NCBI GenBank assembly: GCA_965220745.1
Contig: CBDCQT010000013.1
Coordinates: 64,001-128,000, forward strand
Source: Alphaproteobacteria bacterium
GTDB taxonomy: Bacteria; Pseudomonadota; Alphaproteobacteria; UBA828
Length of the DNA: 64,000 nucleotides
Direction of reading: 5' to 3'
A program made the position numbers and the translations under genes. The notes under the pieces are model-generated. The model was not told the origin of the DNA. It worked only from the letters and a program-made list of their open reading frames with translations, and did not search any database. Shown in pieces: positions 27,379-35,618 of the stretch. Every line of letters starts with the position of its first letter. Positions within the stretch are counted from its first letter, which is position 1.

Positions 27379-28581
27379 TCAGATCACGCCCTTCTCCCGC
27401 AGGGCGTTGCGTTCGGCGGCGGAAAGACCGAGCAGGCCGCCGTAAACCTCGTCGTTGTGAGCGCCGAGCCTGGGGCCCAGGCTCTCGATCCGCCCCGGCG
27501 TCTCGGACATGGCGGGCAGCACGTTCGGCACGTGGACGTGCTCGCCCGTCTCCGGCTCGATCACGTCTTTCAAGGTGCCCCGCGCCTGGTAGTGCGGATC
27601 CTCGAAGATGTCGGCGATGGAATAGACCGGCGACGTCGGCACGCCGCCCGCGTTGCAGGTCTCCACCACCCGGTCGCGCGGTAGCGAGAGCGTGAAGGCC
27701 GTGACCATGGCCTCCACATCGTCGCGGTTCTCCACCCGCCTGGCACTGGTGGCGTAGCGCTCGTCCTCGCCCAGCTCCTCGCGGCCCAGCACCGCGGCCA
27801 TGCGGCGCCACATCTTGTCGCTGGTGCACGCGATCGCGACCCAGCCGCCGTCGCCACACTCGAAATGCCCGTGGGGGCAGACGTTGCTGGTCATCAGCCC
27901 AAGCCTCGGGCGGACAAACCCGGTCGCGGCATAGAGCGGCGCCATCTCGTCGAGCACCCGGAAGATCGATTCGTAGAGGGCGATGTCGATCACCTGCCCG
28001 CCAACGTCTTCGCGGGTGCGCAGAGCCATGAGGGCGCCGACGGCGCCGTAGAGGCCGGAGATGTAGTCCGCGAGCGAGGTGGAGCCCGGCGTGAGCGGCG
28101 GCCCGCCGGGCACGCCGGTGAGGTGCGTCAGGCCGCCGAAGGCATGGGCGATGCGGGCGAAGCCGGGGCGGTCCTTGTAGGGGCCCTTCTGACCGTAGCC
28201 CGAGATGCGCACCATGACGAGGCCGGGATTGACGGCCTTCAGCGTGTCCGGCCCGAGGCCCCACTTCTCCATGGTGCCCGGCCGGAAGTTCTCGCACAGG
28301 ATGTCAGCCTCGGCGACCAGCCGCATGAACAGCGCCGCGCCCTCGGACTGGCGCAGGTCGAGGGTGACCGACTTCTTGTTGCGCTGCTCCGAGAGCCAGG
28401 CGTAGCCGTCGCCCCGCTGGCTGGGCGAGCCGAACTTGCGCAGCGGGTCGCCGAGCCCCGGCTGCTCGACCTTGATGACCTCGGCGCCGAACTCGCTGAG
28501 CAGGGCGGCGGTAAAGGGCCCCGCGATAAAGGTCGCGAGGTCGATGACGCGGACGCCCGCGAGCGGCAGCTTCTCGGTCAT
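27379..28581 (-). CDS. CaiB/BaiF family III CoA-transferase
   Basis: PLAGVRVIDL, AGP, RNKKSVTLDL, ENFRPG, SGYGQKGP, catalytic Asp region LADYISG. Confidence 0.93.
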   Translation of the reverse strand: MTEKLPLAGVRVIDLATFIAGPFTAALLSEFGAEVIKVEQPGLGDPLRKFGSPSQRGDGYAWLSEQRNKKSVTLDLRQSEGAALFMRLVAEADILCENFRPGTMEKWGLGPDTLKAVNPGLVMVRISGYGQKGPYKDRPGFARIAHAFGGLTHLTGVPGGPPLTPGSTSLADYISGLYGAVGALMALRTREDVGGQVIDIALYESIFRVLDEMAPLYAATGFVRPRLGLMTSNVCPHGHFECGDGGWVAIACTSDKMWRRMAAVLGREELGEDERYATSARRVENRDDVEAMVTAFTLSLPRDRVVETCNAGGVPTSPVYSIADIFEDPHYQARGTLKDVIEPETGEHVHVPNVLPAMSETPGRIESLGPRLGAHNDEVYGGLLGLSAAERNALREKGVI

Positions 28582-28630
28582 GGCGGCAGAAAGCGGCGTT
28601 TAGGCCCGCATGTCAATCGCCGGCGGGGCC

Positions 28631-29356
28631 TCAGTACCGCTCCTTGTGGGTGCGCAGATCGAGCTCCTGCGTCCACGCGTTGCGCGGCTGGCGGTAGAGG
28701 AAGCGATAGGACTCCGCGAGCCCGTCGAGGCCGATGAGCCCGCCTTCGCCCATGCGTGCGGCGAAGTCGGGCGCGCGGGTCTTGAGCCGATAACCGTCGA
28801 TGCCGCCGTCGACCACGACGTGGCCTACGTGAATGCCCTGCGGGCCGAACTCGCGGGCGAGGCTCTGGCCGAGCGCTCGGAGCCCGGCCTTGGCAGACGT
28901 GAAGGCGGCGAAATTGGGCTTGCCGCGCATCGACGCGCTCGCGCCGGTGAGCAACAGCGTGCCCGTGCCGCGCGGCACCATGCGGCGCAACGCCTCGCGG
29001 CTGAACAGGAAGCCGCCGAAGCAGCCGATGCGCCAGCAGGTCTCGAAGTACTCGGCCTCCATCTCGAGCGGGTTGCCCGGCATGTTGTTGCCGGCGTTGA
29101 AGACGGCGAGGTCGATCGGGCCTTGCGCTTCGGCCGCCTCGACGAAGGCGGCGACCGAGGCTTCGTCGGTGGTGTCGGCGACGACGGCGGTGGCCTGCCC
29201 GCCGGCTGCGCGGATCGTGTCCGCGGCCGCTTCCACCTTGGCCTCGGTGCGGCCGCCGACGAAGACGTGGAGCCCTTCGCTCGCCGCCATGCGGCAGACC
29301 GCCGCGCCCAGCCCCTCGCCCGCGCCCACACCGATCACGATCGCCGTCTTGCCCAT
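28631..29356 (-). CDS. Short-chain dehydrogenase/reductase
   Basis: GVGAGEGLG, FNAG, TGASASMRG, HVVVDGGIDG, WTQELDLR. Confidence 0.9.
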   Translation of the reverse strand: MGKTAIVIGVGAGEGLGAAVCRMAASEGLHVFVGGRTEAKVEAAADTIRAAGGQATAVVADTTDEASVAAFVEAAEAQGPIDLAVFNAGNNMPGNPLEMEAEYFETCWRIGCFGGFLFSREALRRMVPRGTGTLLLTGASASMRGKPNFAAFTSAKAGLRALGQSLAREFGPQGIHVGHVVVDGGIDGYRLKTRAPDFAARMGEGGLIGLDGLAESYRFLYRQPRNAWTQELDLRTHKERY

Positions 29357-29470
29357 GCCGCTCTCCCTTTCGTCTCAAGCCCGGTCCCCGCCGCGCGCCG
29401 GGAGAGTACAGCGTTACGCCGGCGCGGAACATGTTTCCAAAGAACGGTATCGATCCTGCGGGCCGGAGAG

Positions 29471-29704
29471 TCAGGCGCAGCTATTCTCCGTGGCGGCACG
29501 AATATCCGCGGCGGCGGCGCGCGGCCGTTTCGCTCGTTCATGCCGCATGAGCGCAATGGTCTCTTCGATCGACCTCGCCACGGGAGCAATGCGGGCGATT
29601 GGTATGCCATCGCGCGTGATGATCACGTCCTCGCCGGCCTCCGCACGCGCAATCAGCTGCAGCAACCGCACCTGCGCGTCGCTGATATCAACTGTACGAG
29701 GCAT
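29471..29704 (-). CDS. Phd/YefM-family antitoxin (orphan)
   Basis: TVDISDAQVRLLQLIARAEAGEDVIITRDGIPIARIAP is a typical Phd N-terminus. GGGAG RBS before ATG at 29704. Confidence 0.82.
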   Translation of the reverse strand: MPRTVDISDAQVRLLQLIARAEAGEDVIITRDGIPIARIAPVARSIEETIALMRHERAKRPRAAAADIRAATENSCA

Positions 29705-29910
29705 GGTGCTCCCAAGGGCCTCAACAATGGCAGAGACCGAGGCATAACGACCGCTGCGCGCTTGCTCAAGGCTTGATCCTGCAAAGCGCAACACCCGCTT
29801 CCGCCCAGCCTTGTCCCTGCCGCCCGGCGCGGCCATGATGCGCCCGCCTGGGCCGCCGGCCGGCGGGGGGCCGGCCCCTCAGCATCATCGTGGAGCTTGG
29901 AAAGGAAGCC

Positions 29911-31068
29911 ATGCGCGCCGATCTCGATGCCCTGTTGCCCGCCCTGCGCGAACGGCGGGACGAGACCCGCGAGAACCGCATGGTCCTGCCCGAGATCAGG
30001 GAGATGGTTCGGGAATCGGACGTCGCCCGCATTCTGCAGCCTCCGGCCTACGGCGGGGCCGGCGGGCCGCTGCGCGACATTGTCGAGGCGGTCTCCCAGA
30101 TTGGCGCTGCCTGCGGCTCGACCGGCTGGGCGGTGGTGCAGTACGTCGTTCATCCCTTCATGGTGGCCCAGTGGCCGCGGGAGGGGCAGGATGAGGTCTG
30201 GGGCGACGATCCCAAGGCCCTGGTCGCTGGCATCCTGATCCAGAGCCTGGGCCGCTACGTGCGGGTCGACGGCGGCTACCGCGTGAGCGGCCGCTGGCCC
30301 TTCGTCACCGGTGTGGACACCTGCGACTGGTGCATCGTCTCGGCCTACGAGGAAGGCTGGGTGGGCGAGCACGACAGTCACCTGCACTTCCTCATCAAGC
30401 GCGAGGAAATCGAGATCCTCGATACCTGGCACGCGCTGGGCTTGCGCGGCAGCGGCACCAACGACGTGCAGCTCAAGGAGTTCTTCGTGCCCGAGCACCG
30501 TGCTCTCTCGATGGAGGCGTTGCGCGGCGGCGAATCCCCCGGCGGCCACTGGCGCGAAACGCCGCTCTACCTGCTTCCCAGCTATCCGATCTTCGGCTGC
30601 GGCATCACCAGCGGCGCGGTCGGCATCGCGCAGGAGATGGTGGCGGAGTACAACGAGATCGCGCGCAAGAAGGGCTCGATCATGGCGGAGAAGCAGGTCT
30701 CCACCTTCGCCTCGCAGCACATCCGCTTCGCCGAATCAAAGTGCGCGGTCGACGGGGCCAAGCAGCTGCTGAGGGTTGCGGCCGACGAGATCAGCGCCAT
30801 CGCCGTCGAGGAGGGCCGCGTGCCGAACCTCGAGGAACGCGCTCGCTGCCGCGCCTTCGCGACCTATGCCGGCAATATCGCGATGGACGCCGCGCGCGCC
30901 ATCTGGGACCTCTCCGGCGCCGCCAGCGTCTACACCCGAAGCTCCCTCGGCAACCTCTATACCGACATGCTGGTCGCCAACCAGCACTTCACCCAGAGCA
31001 AGGACGTGAACTTCACGACCTACGGGCGGATGCTCTACGGGCTCGAGATCGACAACCCGACGCTGTGA
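29911..31068 (+). CDS. Flavin-dependent monooxygenase, oxygenase component (HsaA/HpaH-like, acyl-CoA dehydrogenase fold)
   Basis: LQPPAYGG, ACGSTGW, SGRWPFVTG, DTWHALGLRGSGTND, FVPEHR. Confidence 0.85.
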   Translation: MRADLDALLPALRERRDETRENRMVLPEIREMVRESDVARILQPPAYGGAGGPLRDIVEAVSQIGAACGSTGWAVVQYVVHPFMVAQWPREGQDEVWGDDPKALVAGILIQSLGRYVRVDGGYRVSGRWPFVTGVDTCDWCIVSAYEEGWVGEHDSHLHFLIKREEIEILDTWHALGLRGSGTNDVQLKEFFVPEHRALSMEALRGGESPGGHWRETPLYLLPSYPIFGCGITSGAVGIAQEMVAEYNEIARKKGSIMAEKQVSTFASQHIRFAESKCAVDGAKQLLRVAADEISAIAVEEGRVPNLEERARCRAFATYAGNIAMDAARAIWDLSGAASVYTRSSLGNLYTDMLVANQHFTQSKDVNFTTYGRMLYGLEIDNPTL

Positions 31069-31535
31069 GCGCGACCCGCGCGGCTGCGCGCTACTTCGAC
31101 GAATTGAAGGAAGGCGAGCGCTTCGTCACGGGCGAATGGACGCTCGACGAAGCGGAAATCGTAGCCTTCGCACACGTGTTCGACCCACAGCCGATCCACG
31201 TCGATGCCGAGGGCGCGGCCGAGGGCCCCTACGGCGGCCTGATCGCCAGCGGCTTCCAGACGATGGCGCTGGGCTTCCGGCTCTTCTACGAGCTCGGCGT
31301 GATCAACGATGCCTGCATCGGCGGGCCGGGGATCGACAACGTCCGTTTTCACCGGCCGGCGAGGCCGGGCGACACCATCCACGCCATCGCAACCGTCACC
31401 GAAGCCCGCCCCTCGCGCTCGAAGCCCGACCGCGGCTACGTGCGCATGGCTTACGACGTCCGCAACCAGCGGGACGAGCCGGTGCTGAGCTACGAGATCG
31501 TCCATATCCTCATGCGCCGGCCGTCCTCGCCTTGA
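31065..31535 (+). CDS. MaoC-family (hot-dog fold) dehydratase
   Basis: FDPQPIHVD, GGLIASG, RFHRPARPGD, SRSKPDRG. GTGA overlap with the upstream stop. Confidence 0.88.
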   Translation: MSATRAAARYFDELKEGERFVTGEWTLDEAEIVAFAHVFDPQPIHVDAEGAAEGPYGGLIASGFQTMALGFRLFYELGVINDACIGGPGIDNVRFHRPARPGDTIHAIATVTEARPSRSKPDRGYVRMAYDVRNQRDEPVLSYEIVHILMRRPSSP

Positions 31536-31592
31536 CTTGGCGGTGCCCGTGTGCGGCCATCGAGTGCGCGAAAGATACGAGCGGAGCAGGCC

Positions 31593-32495
31593 ATGAGCAG
31601 CTTCTACGACGGGCCGATCATCGACGCCCACCATCATCTCTGGGAGCTCGACTCCGGCCGGTATGCATGGCTCACCGACGGCCCGCGCGAGGTGGTGTTC
31701 GGCAGCACCGCGCCGCTCATCCGCGACTACTTCCTCGCCGACTATCTCGCCGACATGGCCGGCATCGGGCTGGTCAAGTCGGTCCACATCCAGGCGAGCT
31801 TCCACGAGGACCCGGTGGCCGAGACCCGCTGGCTGCAGGGCATCGCGGACGAAAACGGCTTTCCCCACGGCATCGTCGCCTACGCCCTGCTGGAGGAGCC
31901 GGATGCCGAGGCGGTGCTGGAAGCCCACTGTGCGCATCCCAACATGCGCGGCATCCGCCAGATCCTGAGCTGGCACGAGAACCCGGCCTGGACCTTCCAC
32001 GAGCGCTCGGACTTGATGCGAGACGCGGCGTGGCGGAGGGGCTTCGGCCTACTTCAGAAATTCGATCTCTCCTTCGACATGATGATCTACTCCGGCCAGC
32101 TCGGCGACGCGCTCGATCTGGCACAGGCCTTCCCGGACACGCAGATCATCCTCAACCACACTGGCAGCCCCGCCGACCGGGGCGACGAGGCCATCGCGGC
32201 GTGGCGCGCGGGCATGAGCGCGCTGGCCGGCGCCGCCAACGTCGCGGTCAAGATTTCCGACCTCGGCGCCTACGACCACGACTGGACGACCGAGAGCACG
32301 CGGCCCTTCATCCGCCACACCATCGACGCCTTCGGCACCGAGCGCTGCATGTTCGCGAGCGATTTTCCGGTGGCAGCGCTGCACGGCGGCGCCGATGCGA
32401 TCTACGACTCGTTCAAGACCATCGTCGCCGATCTCACAGCGGGCGAGCAGCGCGCGCTCTTCCACGACAACGCGGTGCGTTTCTATCGGCTGTGA
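31593..32495 (+). CDS. Amidohydrolase_2 family protein (lactonase-like)
   Basis: IIDAHHHLW, RGIRQIL, LNHTG, VKIS, RCMFASDFPV. Start MSSFYDG at 31593. Confidence 0.88.
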   Translation: MSSFYDGPIIDAHHHLWELDSGRYAWLTDGPREVVFGSTAPLIRDYFLADYLADMAGIGLVKSVHIQASFHEDPVAETRWLQGIADENGFPHGIVAYALLEEPDAEAVLEAHCAHPNMRGIRQILSWHENPAWTFHERSDLMRDAAWRRGFGLLQKFDLSFDMMIYSGQLGDALDLAQAFPDTQIILNHTGSPADRGDEAIAAWRAGMSALAGAANVAVKISDLGAYDHDWTTESTRPFIRHTIDAFGTERCMFASDFPVAALHGGADAIYDSFKTIVADLTAGEQRALFHDNAVRFYRL

Positions 32496-33436
32496 GACTG
32501 AGTCCCGCTCCCGAGCACTCTCTCCACGAAGGCATCGAACAGCGCGAAGACCTGCGCCCGGACCTCGTCGGTCTCCATCAGGGGCTCGTGGCGGGAGCCG
32601 AGAATGGTCTCCAGGCGGCAGTCGGGCAGCCGCGCGGCGATGCGCTTCTGGGCCCCATTTGAAACTACCCTGTCGCCTTCGGCGCTGATCATCAGCACCG
32701 GCGTCGCGACCCGCTCGGGATACCCCCGGCTGCGCAGGACCGCCACTGAGCGCCGGGTGGCGGCGAGCCAGCCCACCGTCGGCCAGCCGATAGCGAGCGC
32801 CGGGTTCTCGCGCATCAGCGTCTCCATGCGCTCGTACCGTGCGCGGTCGCGGGTCAGCGGATTGCCGTCGTAGGGCGGCGGGAAGGTCCCGCGCACCGGC
32901 ACGTACTGGTTCCTGAGGCCGACGCTCATAGCGGCAATCGTGAGCACCGCGCCCAGAGCCCGCTCGGCGGGGGTCATCAGGATGTCCACCATGGGGGCGG
33001 AGAGGGCGATGCCTCGAGCAAAATAGGGTCCGGCGCCGGCGTCGTGCTCGGCCCGGTGGCGGAGCACGATGTGGCCGCCCATGGAATGGGCCAGCACCAC
33101 GATGGGCCGCGGGGCTTCGGGGACCACCAGCCGCTCCAGGAACAGGTCGAGGTCCTTGAGAAAATCGTTGTAGCTGACGACGTGGCCCTTGCGCGGATCC
33201 TTAAGCACCCGGCCGGAGCGGCCCTGGCCCCGCCAGTCCAGCGCGTAGACGGCGAAGCCTCGGGCCAAGATGTCATCCACGGTCTCGCCGTACTTCTCGA
33301 TGAACTCGGCCCTGCCCTGCAGCAGCACCACCGTTCCCCGCCCGCCACCGGGCGGTGCGGGCCAGACCACTGTGCGGAGCGGGAAGCCGTCGTGGGCGGT
33401 GAGGGTCCCTAGCTGCGGCGTCGGCCCAGTGTGCAC
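32483..33436 (-). CDS. Alpha/beta hydrolase, lysophospholipase L2 (PldB)-like
   Basis: GRAEFIEKY, DWRGQGRSGR, AHSMGG nucleophile, SRHEPLME. Confidence 0.87.
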   Translation of the reverse strand: MHTGPTPQLGTLTAHDGFPLRTVVWPAPPGGGRGTVVLLQGRAEFIEKYGETVDDILARGFAVYALDWRGQGRSGRVLKDPRKGHVVSYNDFLKDLDLFLERLVVPEAPRPIVVLAHSMGGHIVLRHRAEHDAGAGPYFARGIALSAPMVDILMTPAERALGAVLTIAAMSVGLRNQYVPVRGTFPPPYDGNPLTRDRARYERMETLMRENPALAIGWPTVGWLAATRRSVAVLRSRGYPERVATPVLMISAEGDRVVSNGAQKRIAARLPDCRLETILGSRHEPLMETDEVRAQVFALFDAFVERVLGSGTQSHSR

Positions 33437-33439
33437 GCC

Positions 33440-34849
33440 TCAGGCCTTCGCTGCCGGCGCATCGACTCCCTTCACCGGTACGAGGCCGGCCGGCGCGAGA
33501 CCGGCGAGCTTGGCTGTCAGCGGGCCCGGCGTGCGGCCTTCGTCCTCGAACCGCTCCTTGCGCCGGTTCGCCGCGATCACCATGCGGCCGCCGACGTAGC
33601 GCACAGGCTCGCGGGGGAAGAGTCCCACGCCCTCGCGCACCAGACTGCACTCCGACCATTCGTCCTTCGTCCCAAGGGCGAGGGACGCGAGAATGCGCCC
33701 GCCCACGGAGGTGGGCCCCACGCCGTTGCCGGAGAAGCCGAGGCCGTAGAGCAGGTCGTCACGGCCGTCGAGGCGGCCGAAGAAGGGCAGCCCACTGAGG
33801 GATCGGTCGACCGGCCCGGTCCAGCTCGTCGCGATCGGCGCGTCCTTGAAGTTGGGGTAAATCCGGCGGAAGTTTTCCTCGACCTCGCGTGAGCGCGGCG
33901 AGGCACCGTTGAAGCGGTCATCGACCCGGTTGCCGAAAGAGAGCCGCCCGCCGCCCATGCCGAAAACGAAGCGACCGTCCATGGTCGGCCGGTAATAGTT
34001 CACCAGGGTCCGGGAATCGGAGATGCACATCCCGCCGCTGTAGCCCGAGTCGGCGAGGCGTTCGGGCATCGGCCGGGTTGCCACGATGTCGCTGGCGATC
34101 ACGACGACGGTCCGTCGCAACTCCGGGAACATCGTGGACCAGGCATTCATGGCGATTACGACCTTTTCCGCCGTCACGATGCCCCTGGGCGTGACCACGC
34201 GCGGCGGGCGGCCGCGGTGGAGGCTCATCATCGGCGTCTGCTCGTAGATGCGCACGCCCAGCGAGAGCGCCGTGCGCCGAAGCCCATGCGCCAGCATGGC
34301 CGGCTGCACGGTGGCGCCGGTCGGCTCGTAGACGCCGGCGATGTGCTTGTCGGTGCCCGAGCGGCGCTTGACCGTCTCCGGCTCCCAGAGCTCGAAGGGA
34401 TGCTCCTGGTAGCGCTCCAGGGTGTTGACCAGGGCGTCCCAGGAGCCGACCTGCGGCGCGCTGGTCGCAGCCCAAAGCCAGCCGTCGCCACGATAGTGCG
34501 CGTCGATCCCGTTGTCGGCGCAGAACTGGCCGATCTCGCCCACGGCATCGGCCGAGGCGCGAGCGAGCCGCACCGCCTCGTCCGAGGGGCAAATCTTGCA
34601 GAGGGAGCCGAACTTGGCCCACCAACTCAGCACGAAGCCGCCGTTGCGTCCGCTCGCGCCGCTGCCGCACAGGCCTTGCTCGACGATGGCGATGTCGATG
34701 GAGGGGTCGCGCTGCTTCAGGCGAATCGCCGTCCACAGCCCGCAAAAGCCGCCGCCGATGATGCAAACGTCCGCGCGCACATCGCCTTCGAGGGCCGGTG
34801 CCGCGTCGTCCGTGGAAAGGCCGGCTTCGGTCAGCCAGTGGCTAAGCAT
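33440..34849 (-). CDS. FAD-dependent oxidoreductase, DAO family (PuuB/OrdL-like amine oxidase)
   Basis: IIGGGFCGLW, GASGRNGG, VQPAML, WTGPVD, GFSGNGV. Confidence 0.88.
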   Translation of the reverse strand: MLSHWLTEAGLSTDDAAPALEGDVRADVCIIGGGFCGLWTAIRLKQRDPSIDIAIVEQGLCGSGASGRNGGFVLSWWAKFGSLCKICPSDEAVRLARASADAVGEIGQFCADNGIDAHYRGDGWLWAATSAPQVGSWDALVNTLERYQEHPFELWEPETVKRRSGTDKHIAGVYEPTGATVQPAMLAHGLRRTALSLGVRIYEQTPMMSLHRGRPPRVVTPRGIVTAEKVVIAMNAWSTMFPELRRTVVVIASDIVATRPMPERLADSGYSGGMCISDSRTLVNYYRPTMDGRFVFGMGGGRLSFGNRVDDRFNGASPRSREVEENFRRIYPNFKDAPIATSWTGPVDRSLSGLPFFGRLDGRDDLLYGLGFSGNGVGPTSVGGRILASLALGTKDEWSECSLVREGVGLFPREPVRYVGGRMVIAANRRKERFEDEGRTPGPLTAKLAGLAPAGLVPVKGVDAPAAKA

Positions 34850-34902
34850 TCGTTCACTCCGTTGCTCGTCCGACGAAGACGGTTTCGCTGTCCGTCACGA
34901 TC

Positions 34903-35292
34903 CTACTCCTCAGGCAGTTGATCCCGGACCGCTTCCAAGAGCGCTTCAACGAGCGTGAGCGCGCGGCCCCGGTCGATGGGTTCGGCATTCGCGCCGACGC
35001 CCGCGTAACGGAACTCGACCGCATAGGGCGTGTAAGCGGCCAGATCGTTGAAGGGCTCGGTCGCGGCGCCCCGCTCGGCGAGGAGCGCCAGAAGCGTCTC
35101 GATGCTGTGGGTAAGCGGATAGCTGTCGCCCAGGAGCGCGATCCAGGCCTTGAGCAGCTTTTCGGCTCCTTGTTGTACGTGGAAACCGAATATCTCCGCG
35201 GGGATTGCGTCCGAACGGCGCATGACACGAAGCGCCTCGATGTCGCGTTCGGCCGCGTTCACGAGCATCCGCGCACACTTAGGGTCGCTCAT
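34903..35292 (-). CDS. HEPN domain protein (partner of MNT)
   Basis: GFHVQQGAEKLLKA, PLTHSI, YAVEFRY. Overlaps the upstream MNT gene. Confidence 0.85.
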   Translation of the reverse strand: MSDPKCARMLVNAAERDIEALRVMRRSDAIPAEIFGFHVQQGAEKLLKAWIALLGDSYPLTHSIETLLALLAERGAATEPFNDLAAYTPYAVEFRYAGVGANAEPIDRGRALTLVEALLEAVRDQLPEE

Positions 35293-35614
35293 AAAGCACC
35301 TTGCCTTCCCTGAGCGCGCGCGCGAGCACGTGGTTGAGAGAATCGCGCCAGTAATCCACGTCTTCGTGGGAGTAGACGAGAACGTCGGCGGCGACGGGAT
35401 ACCCCGCGATTGCGTGATAAAGCCTGACCAGCTCCTTGTGGCGGCTGCGCGCCGCGCCGAAGGGCTCGGCCTCCACGACAATCAGGTCGATGTCCGATCT
35501 CTCGCCCTCCTCCCCCCGAGCGCGGGAGCCGAAGAGGATGACCTGCTCGGGATCGACCTCCGCAACGATGGCCTGAACCATCTCGTCGATCAGCGCGTCG
35601 GTGATCGGGATCAT
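35279..35614 (-). CDS. Minimal nucleotidyltransferase (MNT) domain protein
   Basis: ILFGSRARG...SDIDL (GS-x10-DxD), C-terminal EGKVLYE. Confidence 0.9.
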   Translation of the reverse strand: MIPITDALIDEMVQAIVAEVDPEQVILFGSRARGEEGERSDIDLIVVEAEPFGAARSRHKELVRLYHAIAGYPVAADVLVYSHEDVDYWRDSLNHVLARALREGKVLYERP

Positions 35615-35618
35615 CGGT

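Noticed and set aside
30330-31064. Long upstream extensions of MaoC and similarly of the epimerase (44134), CoA-transferase alpha (20091) and VOC (53055) ORFs, suggesting overlapping genes or frameshifting
   Set aside because: Arg/Ala/Pro-rich off-frame reads through neighbouring genes. Each true gene has a coupled or RBS-supported downstream start, and I saw no slippery site.
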